Virus record (IMG/VR): IMGVR_UViG_3300042464_000672
Location: 1-33,033 of that record
Reading direction: 5' to 3' (one strand)
DNA from: a virus
Lineage: Duplodnaviria > Caudoviricetes
Length of the DNA: 33,033 nt
Both the position numbers and the translations under genes were made by a program. Shown here piece by piece: positions 1 through 7,330 of the stretch (positions within the stretch are counted from its first letter, which is position 1; each line of letters opens with the position of its first letter). Below the pieces are notes generated by a model. That model had not been told where the DNA came from. It made no database searches and saw only the letters and a program-made list of their open reading frames with translations.

Positions 1-223
1 CCAACGACGCTCTTGCAACACGGACGGCATGGTTCAACAAGTACGCCTTGTCGTCATGCCCGTCCTTCTGAATCTCTTTCAACTGGGTCAGCAGGCCACC
101 AAAGGCCTTGTCATGCCCGAACAGCTTCGCCTCATGTGTTGACATGGCCCGCGGTAGCGGCCCGTCATGAAGCACGAGGACGATCCTGCCGTCTGGCAGG
201 ACCTCGATCTGGGTTGTATCCAT
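1..223 (-). CDS. Hypothetical protein (partial, runs off the left edge)
   Basis: ATG at 223 overlaps the TAA of the MazG-like gene (TAATG). Frame MDTTQIEVLPDGRIVLVLHDG... stays open for 74 codons to the edge. Not in the ORF track because it has no stop. Confidence 0.7.
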   Translation of the reverse strand, partial: MDTTQIEVLPDGRIVLVLHDGPLPRAMSTHEAKLFGHDKAFGGLLTQLKEIQKDGHDDKAYLLNHAVRVARASL

Positions 224-813
224 TACACCTGCTCCTCTTTCACGAACACACCGTCTGGCCGGAGATACCCTTTCCGGTCCTTGATCTCGTTGTACGCCTG
301 TGCGACACACTCAGTGAGGTGGTCCGAGGCCTCAGCAGGACAGTACCCCTCCCCCGCGATCTGAGCGAGGTGGGACATCATCTTTGCGTTTATAGTCCAG
401 TAGTCACTACGTCCACCGACCGAAGATGCACCCAACATGACAAGGCACTTCTGCAGGGACTCAATCGGGTTATTCACTGACGAAGGGGTGATGTCCTCTG
501 GGGGTGAGTACACCACCTCAGTCAGCTTGGAGTAACACATGGCCCCGACAATCAGGGTTATGTACACATCCCCAATAGCGTCTATCTTCTCCCCAACATT
601 TTGGCAGAAGATCAAGTTCTCCATCATGTCCCCCAAGTCCAGATCGTCGTCATACTCCATGACCACAGACGCCTGGATCAACTCCATCACCTCCTCGGCT
701 GTTTTAATCGCTTGGGCGTAGGCAGTACTGTGCCTTATTATCCCACGATCTGCTGCCCAGATGATTATCGCGTCGTTCAACTCCGGTAATGTCATCGCTC
801 TTTCACAGGTCAT
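223..813 (-). CDS. MazG-like nucleotide pyrophosphohydrolase (phage NTP-PPase)
   Basis: Motifs WAADRGI, QAIKTAEEVMEL, DAIGDVYITL and ECVAQAYNEIKDRKG..DGVFVKE. SD AGGAGG lies 5 nt before ATG 813. Confidence 0.8.
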   Translation of the reverse strand: MTCERAMTLPELNDAIIIWAADRGIIRHSTAYAQAIKTAEEVMELIQASVVMEYDDDLDLGDMMENLIFCQNVGEKIDAIGDVYITLIVGAMCYSKLTEVVYSPPEDITPSSVNNPIESLQKCLVMLGASSVGGRSDYWTINAKMMSHLAQIAGEGYCPAEASDHLTECVAQAYNEIKDRKGYLRPDGVFVKEEQV

Positions 814-859
814 ACGCACCTCCTAACTGATAAAAAAGAAACAGATTGAGACAACAGCC

Positions 860-888
860 AGCATCTCAGTCCCAGCCGAACCCGTCAA
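860..888 (-). promoter_or_regulatory. Candidate sigma70-type promoter for the leftward operon
   Basis: Minus strand TTGACG-N17-GATGCT with an extended -10 TG, about 45 nt upstream of the MazG-like start. Confidence 0.4.
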
Positions 889-1058
889 TCTTAGTCTGCC
901 CGTGATCTTAGATTTTCCCGATTCTAATAAATGGGACATCGGCCCGGCGGGACTGACAAGAATTCTTCAGCAGTTGTCACCTGTACAGTGCTTTGACTGA
1001 CAAAAAGTGACAAAGCAGTCAAGTCTTGTCAATCTTCAATTTTCACCCTTGGACCCTC

Positions 1059-1088
1059 TTGACAGGGTTTTCGCATACAGGCTATACT
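1059..1088 (+). promoter_or_regulatory. Sigma70-type promoter
   Basis: TTGACA-N18-TATACT, near consensus. Confidence 0.55.
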
Positions 1089-1256
1089 GGAATTGCCTTG
1101 GTAATACCTGGCTTAACTTGCTTGACCTAGGCCATACCTGCCTTTACTTTGGTAATACAATTACTCGAAGAGTAATACTACCTGTAGTACTTGTAAAACC
1201 TGAATGACATTGATTAACCTGGTTTGACCTGGTTAAGCTATAATCTTAATATACCA

Positions 1257-1280
1257 TTACAGGCCGTATACGGCCTGTAA
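1257..1280. repeat. Perfect 24-bp palindrome TTACAGGCCGTATACGGCCTGTAA
   Basis: The two 12-bp arms are exact reverse complements with no loop. Confidence 0.95.
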
Positions 1281-1353
1281 AACCAGGTAAAACCCCGATT
1301 TGGGCGGAGGAGCCGCGGACGGCTCCCGCAAAAGACAAAATTAGATTGGGGTG

Positions 1354-1382
1354 TTGACAGACCTCCGGACTGCTGCAAAGAT
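1354..1382 (+). promoter_or_regulatory. Candidate promoter
   Basis: TTGACA-N17-AAAGAT with an extended -10 TG; the -10 is weak. Predicted start near 1389 coincides with the first hairpin of the structured leader. Confidence 0.4.
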
Positions 1383-1388
1383 TCCGCA

Positions 1389-1486
1389 AACGATGTGGCA
1401 GTCGTTAACCAGAAACATGTTGGGCTACGCCCGGCACAAAACCCTCCCCTTCGAACTGCCACTCGATCGGGAGGGTTTTTCTTTGT
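1389..1486 (+). ncRNA. Candidate structured leader / small RNA with kissing-loop potential
   Basis: Hairpins at 1389-1406, 1418-1436 and 1438-1479. GTGGCAGT (1395-1402) is the exact complement of ACTGCCAC (1455-1462). Confidence 0.45.
1438..1486 (+). terminator. Intrinsic terminator / attenuator upstream of the primase
   Basis: Inverted repeat AAAACCCTCCC...GGGAGGGTTTT running into a T-rich tract (TTTTTCTTTGTT). Confidence 0.6.
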
Positions 1487-1512
1487 TATCCCCCAGACAG
1501 ATCGATGATGGC

Positions 1513-3759
1513 ATGGACCCAGAACGCTTTCGTTTAGATTGCATCAGTACGGCTGCATACTTGTGCCAGCACGGCATTCGAGTTACGCACGCCACGTTTC
1601 GCACCAAGTCCCCGAAGCACAAATCCTGGAACGAGACGGCCACCAACAACATCCAGCAGTTGGTTCAAGGTCTCCCTGCAGGCCTGTTCAACCTGGGGAT
1701 GGTATTCGGCCCAACCTCTGGCGTTCTCGATATCGAGCCAGACACCCCCGAGGCGTACATCGACATCGAAGCTTTGATGAAGGCGAACGGGGTCAGGACC
1801 CTGTCTTACCGCTCCCGGAGAGGGCTCCACCGGATCTTCAAATGGGATCCCCGGCTTTCCCACCTTGGACCCAACCCCAAGACGGTCAATAAGCTGGAGT
1901 GCCGACTCGGGTCGGCAACCAGTTCGTTCTTCTCGGTATGCCCTCCCTCAGTCCACCCAGACACTGGTGAACACTACGAGTGGGTTCCGGGCTGTGCTCC
2001 TTGGGAGATTGCCCCGGCTGAGCTTCCACAGAACGTGGTTGACCACTTCCTCCTCAACGTGAAGAAGTCGGCGGACGGTGGAAGAACCCACGACCTCATT
2101 GCGGACGATGATGGGTACATGCCTGCCGATGGTGGTCGGCATGACTACCTGCTCAGTTTCAGTAAGAGCATGTACTGCGACTGGATGCTGCCGAAAGACC
2201 TGGCTGTAGACATGACCCGGATGGTGTCCCAACGCTCCGGATCCTATGACGAGCCGGGCCGCGGCGAAGTGGAACTGAAGAACCTGTTTAAAGGTCTGCA
2301 ACGCCCTAGCGATCCGGTGAAGGAGATGCAAGCCACGATCTCGATGGACAAGGTCAACGACTTGTCAGAGGTCATCTTCGAGAAGTACCGGGAGGAACAC
2401 AAGGATCCTCTTGCAGACATCCCGGATCACATCTTCCACCCGGTGATACAGAAGGCCTCGCTGAGTGCCCGAGGTTCGCAGATGCCACGCAACCTTTGGC
2501 TCATGTCCATCGTCTCTGCAGCAGCCGCAGCACTGGGCACAGCATGCATGTCGCGGGTCAGTCCGAACCACCCAGTGACAGGCAATCAGATATACTCATT
2601 TGGAGTTGGTGGGTCAGGGTCAGGTAAGAGTAGGACCCTCATGGCGGTCAACGCCCCCTTCGCATCCTCAGACTATGTGATGACAGACGCGACTCCAGAG
2701 GCCCTCACATCGAGCCTCGCCCGGATCCCTCGAGGAGTCATGTTGGAGTTCAGTGAGGGAAGAGACTTCTCCAAGATGCTTGGCCGGTACAACTCTCAGC
2801 CTGGACAGTCGGACAACAGCTTGTACCATCGAGCCTGGTCGGGAGACAGGACGAGGGTGCAACGGCAGAAGGGGGCATGCTGGATCGAGAGACCACACCT
2901 TGTCGTGTCGGCAGCGATCCAGAGAAACAACCTGAACCTGCTGCCTCAGAACGACCTTGTCGACGGTCTCGGCCAACGCATCATCGTGTACCCTGTAGGC
3001 AAAATACCAAAGAAGTCCAGGCCCGAGGCATTGGCCGAGCATGCCGCATTCATGGAACTGTGGTACGAAGTGCTTGGTCGTTTGCAGGAGGTCAAGGCCA
3101 ATCTCGGCATGGTGCCAATGGAGGACATGTTGGCAGGCCGAAACGTCGTTACGAAGCCACTCATCAACACCCTCGATGAAGAGGCAAGGGTCCTGTGGGA
3201 AGAGTATGCTGCTCTCAAGCGGTCGGATCAGGTGGAGGCTCAGTGGCCAGACGACGAGCATCCGTTTCGGTCAGACATTGTGCGGCATGCTGAGCAGGCA
3301 CTGAGGTTCGCCAACGTGCTGTGGATGCTTGACTGCGCGATCGACAGAGAGTTCTGGTATCACTGGAACATTGCTCAACAAGACCATGGCTTCATTCCGA
3401 AGGGGGTTATGCAACGAGCTATTGACTTGCAGGAGTACCTCTGGGCTCACAAGCAAAAGTACCTCGAGCCTCTGGTCGAAGCAGCCTTCGCAGCGATCTC
3501 GGGAGGACATATGCTTGACAAGTCGGAGAGTGTTCCGAAGAAGCTTGTCAAGTTCGTGGCAGAACGGAAACGCAGAGTCGAGCGATCGGCTGGGGAGACC
3601 TGGACACTCCGCGATTATTACAACACTCTCGGTATCAGGAAAAACGATGGGCAAATGGAAGTTGACTTGTTTACCCGGGAAGGACATGTAGCATCTGTCG
3701 GAGTACCTGAAGGCAAGAACGCCGAACGGTTTAAGTTTCTGGAATTGATAGGAGAGTAA
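1513..3759 (+). CDS. Bifunctional primase/polymerase (Prim-Pol) fused to a DUF3987/YfjI-like P-loop domain
   Basis: N-terminal NLGMVFGPTSGVLDIE, YRSRRGLHRIF and VCPPSVHPDTGEHYEW. Walker A GGSGSGKS, then DATPEAL..EFSEG. Start placed at ATG 1513 because the longer ORF (from 1351) runs through a terminator. Confidence 0.85.
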   Translation: MDPERFRLDCISTAAYLCQHGIRVTHATFRTKSPKHKSWNETATNNIQQLVQGLPAGLFNLGMVFGPTSGVLDIEPDTPEAYIDIEALMKANGVRTLSYRSRRGLHRIFKWDPRLSHLGPNPKTVNKLECRLGSATSSFFSVCPPSVHPDTGEHYEWVPGCAPWEIAPAELPQNVVDHFLLNVKKSADGGRTHDLIADDDGYMPADGGRHDYLLSFSKSMYCDWMLPKDLAVDMTRMVSQRSGSYDEPGRGEVELKNLFKGLQRPSDPVKEMQATISMDKVNDLSEVIFEKYREEHKDPLADIPDHIFHPVIQKASLSARGSQMPRNLWLMSIVSAAAAALGTACMSRVSPNHPVTGNQIYSFGVGGSGSGKSRTLMAVNAPFASSDYVMTDATPEALTSSLARIPRGVMLEFSEGRDFSKMLGRYNSQPGQSDNSLYHRAWSGDRTRVQRQKGACWIERPHLVVSAAIQRNNLNLLPQNDLVDGLGQRIIVYPVGKIPKKSRPEALAEHAAFMELWYEVLGRLQEVKANLGMVPMEDMLAGRNVVTKPLINTLDEEARVLWEEYAALKRSDQVEAQWPDDEHPFRSDIVRHAEQALRFANVLWMLDCAIDREFWYHWNIAQQDHGFIPKGVMQRAIDLQEYLWAHKQKYLEPLVEAAFAAISGGHMLDKSESVPKKLVKFVAERKRRVERSAGETWTLRDYYNTLGIRKNDGQMEVDLFTREGHVASVGVPEGKNAERFKFLELIGE

Positions 3760-3760
3760 T

Positions 3761-3949
3761 GTGACAAACATCTTACGGTGTATTCAAAACCTCGAAAGGC
3801 AGACGCCTCTCCCCCCTTCGAAAGAGGAGAGTGTTGTCCAAGGGACTATCACCCTTGACCTGAGGAAGGATCCCGACCCGTATGGCTATCACCGAATGTC
3901 GGTGGCCTACCGTCTTCGATGCATGGGTTGGCCGGAGGAGTTGTCGTGA
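3761..3949 (+). CDS. Hypothetical protein
   Basis: AGGAGA upstream; tightly packed; GTGA overlap with the next gene. Confidence 0.55.
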   Translation: MTNILRCIQNLERQTPLPPSKEESVVQGTITLDLRKDPDPYGYHRMSVAYRLRCMGWPEELS

Positions 3950-4164
3950 AGACGTGCAAGAAATGCCTGGAAGAGAAAGAGTTGAAGGAGTTCGGCCTCC
4001 TCAGGCGGAGCAGCGACGGGCTGTCAAACATTTGTGGGGAGTGCCGTCGTGAGTTGGATCGGAAACGCCGCCACACGATTGAGTTCCACAACCTGCCTCA
4101 CCAGAGACGTGTGTGGGGCGACCAGATGATGAAGCATTTGAGGATCAACGCTCGTGACTACTAG
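3946..4164 (+). CDS. Small zinc-finger protein (CxxC...CxxC)
   Basis: KTCKKC..KELKEF..SDGLSNICGECR, resembling the Zn finger seen N-terminal to phage endonucleases. GGAGG SD precedes GTG 3946. Confidence 0.7.
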   Translation: MKTCKKCLEEKELKEFGLLRRSSDGLSNICGECRRELDRKRRHTIEFHNLPHQRRVWGDQMMKHLRINARDY

Positions 4165-4351
4165 CGTGACCTTCTGCTTCGTCAACAACAAGCCAGCCAA
4201 CGTGCAGTTCATCTGGGACGACATTGGCCCCGGCTTACAGATCGTCTGGTGTGAGCAGGCAGACCTCGTTGGTCAAGTCGTACGGAGTGATGCCGGGCTG
4301 AAGGTGCCGGGGATGTTCAAAAGTTTAACTGAGTTGTTGAGTGGAGGTTGA
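4154..4351 (+). CDS. Hypothetical protein
   Basis: 65-aa ORF filling the gap in a packed operon. Confidence 0.55.
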   Translation: MTTSVTFCFVNNKPANVQFIWDDIGPGLQIVWCEQADLVGQVVRSDAGLKVPGMFKSLTELLSGG

Positions 4352-4352
4352 C

Positions 4353-4568
4353 ATGGCTGATTTACGGATTGATGACGACCGGGAGGAAGTAACCGATCTC
4401 GTTGAAAGGTACACCGGCGATCAGTGGGGATTGATCGAAGGAGAACTTGAGAGAGTATCCGAGGAAGTCAAGCTCACCCGTCTCTTACTTGCGAGGCTGG
4501 TTGATGCTTTGGCCGACAAGAACCTGCTCACCAGAGACGAACTGATAAAGATCATACGAGGGTATTGA
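4353..4568 (+). CDS. Hypothetical helical protein
   Basis: GGAGGT SD before ATG 4353; amphipathic C-terminus LLARLVDALADKNLLTRDEL. Confidence 0.65.
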   Translation: MADLRIDDDREEVTDLVERYTGDQWGLIEGELERVSEEVKLTRLLLARLVDALADKNLLTRDELIKIIRGY

Positions 4569-4570
4569 CG

Positions 4571-5503
4571 ATGAAGTTCCTCAGCGTATGCTCAGGCATA
4601 GAGGCAGTCTCTGTCGCTACAGCCAACCTTGGTTGGGAGGCAGTAGGGTTCAGCGAGATTGAGCCACTACCTTGCTCAGTACTGGCTGAACGGTTCTCAC
4701 ACGTTCCTAACTTTGGAAACATGGAAAACTTCGATGAGTGGAACGTGCCTGAATTTGACATCCTGGCTGGAGGTACACCTTGCCAGTCTTTTTCAATCGC
4801 GGGTTTGCGTGGAGGACTGCAAGACGAACGAGGCAACCTCGCCCTTGTCTACTGCCGAATTCTGCAAAAGTTTAGACCCAAGTGGTTCATGTGGGAAAAC
4901 GTCCCAGGTGTCTTGTCATCGGCAGGAGGACGGGACTTTGGTTCCATCCTCGGGGCGATGGTCGAACTCGGGTATGGGGTCGCTTACCGAGTTCTTGACG
5001 CTCAGTACTTTGGAGTACCCCAACGACGCCGTAGAGTCTTCATTGTTGGATGTCTTGGAGACTGGGCCAGTGCCGCAGAAGTTCTTTTTGAGCCCAACTG
5101 CCTGCGAGGGGATACTACGAAGGGAGAGAAAAAACAGATCGAGAGCGGGGAAATTGTCGGAACAGTTACGACTCGTACTGGAAACGCTCGCGACAACTAC
5201 AGTGCAGAAGAAGGCCACGCAGTAGTGTACGACGGCTCACCTCGATGGCTTACACCCATCGAGTGTGAACGGCTCCAAGGTTTTCCCGATAACTGGACTT
5301 TGGTAAACCACCGTAGCAAACCTGCCAAAGATGGGCCAAGATACAAGGCGATAGGAAACAGTATGGCTGTACCAGTCATACGTTGGATCTGCAAACGCAT
5401 TCAGGAGAAGCACAAGTGTCAGCATACATCTACGCCCGAGTTTCAACCTTCGAGCAGTTCCACTCCGGGTTCTCCATCGACAACCAATGCACGTCAGGTC
5501 TGA
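4571..5503 (+). CDS. DNA (cytosine-5)-methyltransferase
   Basis: Motif I SVCSGIE, motif IV GGTPCQSFS, motif VI ENVPG, motif VIII PQRRRRVF, motif IX RWLTPIECERLQGFP, motif X GNSMAVPV. Confidence 0.95.
   Translation: MKFLSVCSGIEAVSVATANLGWEAVGFSEIEPLPCSVLAERFSHVPNFGNMENFDEWNVPEFDILAGGTPCQSFSIAGLRGGLQDERGNLALVYCRILQKFRPKWFMWENVPGVLSSAGGRDFGSILGAMVELGYGVAYRVLDAQYFGVPQRRRRVFIVGCLGDWASAAEVLFEPNCLRGDTTKGEKKQIESGEIVGTVTTRTGNARDNYSAEEGHAVVYDGSPRWLTPIECERLQGFPDNWTLVNHRSKPAKDGPRYKAIGNSMAVPVIRWICKRIQEKHKCQHTSTPEFQPSSSSTPGSPSTTNARQV
4734..5225 (+). CDS. Nested alternative-frame ORF resembling the M.EcoHK31I beta polypeptide
   Basis: +1 frame wholly inside the methyltransferase, open 4659-5225. Contains SSGRWSNSGM, EYPNDAVESSLLDVLETG and FFLSPTACEGILRR, which I recall from beta-like proteins. 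Confidence 0.6.
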   Translation: MSGTCLNLTSWLEVHLASLFQSRVCVEDCKTNEATSPLSTAEFCKSLDPSGSCGKTSQVSCHRQEDGTLVPSSGRWSNSGMGSLTEFLTLSTLEYPNDAVESSLLDVLETGPVPQKFFLSPTACEGILRRERKNRSRAGKLSEQLRLVLETLATTTVQKKATQ

Positions 5504-6969
5504 CGTACGCCAAGAACAACTTATTGCTCCCCGGCTTGGCGACCAACTGTGGGCTGACCGGGGTGTTCATTGACGGGGGCAAGTCTGCCTACACGAAGAA
5601 GTTGTCACAACGCCCCGGCGGGCAGGCCTTGATGGCTGTACTGAAGCCTGGCGATACTGTCATCGCGACAGCAACCCATCGCCTGTTCCGCAAGATGTCA
5701 GACATGGTTACGACCATGGAGTACTGGGTCGACAACGGAATCTCTGTTGTCTTCACAGACTATCCGATGCTGTCGACCAACACAGCTAACGGTAGGGCCA
5801 TGCTTCGCATCTTCGCAGTGGTGGCGGAACTGAAGTCAGACCTCACTTCCGCCCGTGTGCGTGAGGCACGGATGCTCAGCAAGGATAAGCCGAAAGAGCC
5901 AAAGGCTGCACCAGTAGTTCATGCACCTATCGAGAACCCGACGAGTAAAGACATCGGCTCAGTGATGCAAGCTATCGCGGCTGACCGCGAGAGAAGCAAG
6001 TTCAGATTCACTGGTAAGGTGAGAGCCTACATCCGATGTTCGACCAAGGATCAGACGGTCGAGCAGCAACGTCTGTGTATCCTCAAGCAACTCCCGCAAG
6101 ACATGAAGGAATCCGAGATCGTCTGGTACGAGGATGAGGGTGCCAGTGCGTTCAAGACCAGCCTGTCAAAGCGTAAGGCCGGGGCAAAGATGTTGGACGA
6201 CCTCAAGGCAGGCGACATCGTTGTAGCGTGGAGGCCCGACCGCATCTTCAGATCGATGCTCGACATGGCACGCATGACCGAGGCGATCCACGCCAAAGGG
6301 TCATACCTCATGACAGTCGAAGGAGGCATCAAGACCGACACCCCGTTTGGTAAGACCGTGGTAAGTCTGTTGAGTCTGCTGGCTGAAGTAGAGTCTCAGG
6401 AGATCAGCCGATCGACCAAGCAGGGGCTGATGGTTGCGTTGGGAGTCAACCCTGCGGCACAGGCTGCGAGAGCACCAAAGATGTTGGGAGAGTGCAAAGA
6501 CCGAGCGGGGCAGAAGCACTTCTGCTTCAACCAGTTCTTCTCCAAGGCTGAACGATTCTCAATGCACATTCACCTGGTACTCACAGCCAAGCAGTATCGA
6601 GATCGACGTACCGCATGTCGTGTCATCTCTAACCAGTGGCTGAAGCGTAAAGGGTTCCCAAGCTTGACCGGCGAGACGGGCGACACTCTGGCGATGTACC
6701 AAGCCAAGGTGAAGAAGATGCAGGCAGTGGAGTTCAGCGAGAAACGCGACCGACTGCTCGACGTGCTGAAGAAGTACGGTAAGGGCACGTTGGTGATGTA
6801 CCCGTTGAACGTCGATACGATTGCACACGTCTTCCCCCGAATGGAGGAGTGGATCCGGGTTGCCAAACCAATCCGGGGACGACTGCACGACAAGAAAGGT
6901 TTGACAGCGATGGCGGCAACGTGCCGCAATCCGGAAGAAGCGGTTAGATTGATGGAGGTACTACGTTAG
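5416..6969 (+). CDS. Serine recombinase with two tandem resolvase catalytic domains
   Basis: Domain 1: YIYARVST..DGGKSA..RPG..GDTVI..HRLFR. Domain 2: AYIRCST..DEGASA..GDIVVAWRPDRIFR..EISRSTKQG. AGGAGA SD precedes GTG 5416. Confidence 0.9.
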   Translation: MSAYIYARVSTFEQFHSGFSIDNQCTSGLTYAKNNLLLPGLATNCGLTGVFIDGGKSAYTKKLSQRPGGQALMAVLKPGDTVIATATHRLFRKMSDMVTTMEYWVDNGISVVFTDYPMLSTNTANGRAMLRIFAVVAELKSDLTSARVREARMLSKDKPKEPKAAPVVHAPIENPTSKDIGSVMQAIAADRERSKFRFTGKVRAYIRCSTKDQTVEQQRLCILKQLPQDMKESEIVWYEDEGASAFKTSLSKRKAGAKMLDDLKAGDIVVAWRPDRIFRSMLDMARMTEAIHAKGSYLMTVEGGIKTDTPFGKTVVSLLSLLAEVESQEISRSTKQGLMVALGVNPAAQAARAPKMLGECKDRAGQKHFCFNQFFSKAERFSMHIHLVLTAKQYRDRRTACRVISNQWLKRKGFPSLTGETGDTLAMYQAKVKKMQAVEFSEKRDRLLDVLKKYGKGTLVMYPLNVDTIAHVFPRMEEWIRVAKPIRGRLHDKKGLTAMAATCRNPEEAVRLMEVLR

Positions 6970-7205
6970 CCCTGTTGTATCAGAGGGATCCACTTAATCA
7001 GTTCTTCCCGTACGACGTACAATCTACCCCCAATGCGAACGCCCCGGAGCCAGTGATGGCTTGCCGGGGCGTTTCTGTTTTTCAGGCCGCGGGTAATCCA
7101 CAACCGGACTGTATCATCGGTTACTTCAATGCCTATGCCGGACAGGAGGGCGACGACCTCTTTGGCCGACAAGTACTGGTTCATCTCGTCTGGGTTGAGA
7201 CTCAT
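6966..7205 (-). CDS. Excisionase-like / DUF1580-like winged-HTH protein
   Basis: YLSAKEV..TVRLWITRGL..LRGVRIGGRLYVVREEL. Convergent with the recombinase; the stop codons overlap. Confidence 0.75.
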   Translation of the reverse strand: MSLNPDEMNQYLSAKEVVALLSGIGIEVTDDTVRLWITRGLKNRNAPASHHWLRGVRIGGRLYVVREELIKWIPLIQQG

Positions 7206-7249
7206 CAGGGAAATCCGAAAGAAACGAAGAAACCTAAAGTGAGAGTTTT

Positions 7250-7265
7250 ATACTCAACAGAGTAT
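7250..7265. promoter_or_regulatory. Operator-like inverted repeat between divergent genes
   Basis: ATACTC-aaca-GAGTAT, overlapping a possible minus-strand -10 (TATAAA, 7247-7252). Confidence 0.35.
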
Positions 7266-7330
7266 TGCAAGTCCACTCCACTTCGATTCTCATAAGGGAG
7301 AATTGCTCACCCCAGACAAAAGGAACCTAC

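Larger units (their letters stand above)
950..1350. other. AT-rich region of repeats and palindromes; candidate replication origin / control region
   Basis: Five TGACAA/TTGTCA boxes (954-1031). TTGGTAATAC twice (1098, 1149). Hairpin ATTACTC-GAA-GAGTAAT (1160-1176). ACCTGGTT twice plus an inverted copy (1217, 1227, 1281). Perfect 24-bp palindrome (1257-1280). Lies directly upstream of the primase-helicase. Confidence 0.55.

Noticed and set aside
13-480. Plus-strand 155-aa ORF and the many antisense or out-of-frame ORFs in the track
   Set aside because: They are shadows of well-supported genes, with R/S/P-rich or stereotyped antisense composition and no motifs. Only the nested methyltransferase ORF was kept.
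1224-1244. Promoter from TTGACC and TATAAT
   Set aside because: The spacer is only 9 nt, and no -35 lies at the right distance from the perfect TATAAT.
1389-1486. Known riboswitch such as ZTP/pfl
   Set aside because: I could not find the conserved cores of that or other riboswitch classes I recall; an Rfam scan is still needed.
1351-1512. N-terminal 54-aa extension of the primase in the ORF track
   Set aside because: It overlaps a promoter, hairpins and a terminator, has no SD, and Prim-Pol similarity begins after Met at 1513.
3946-4164. HNH homing endonuclease
   Set aside because: Only the Zn-finger part is present; there is no HNH or endonuclease VII catalytic motif.
4571-5503. Complete restriction-modification system
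   Set aside because: No recognisable endonuclease is adjacent; orphan methyltransferases are common in phages.
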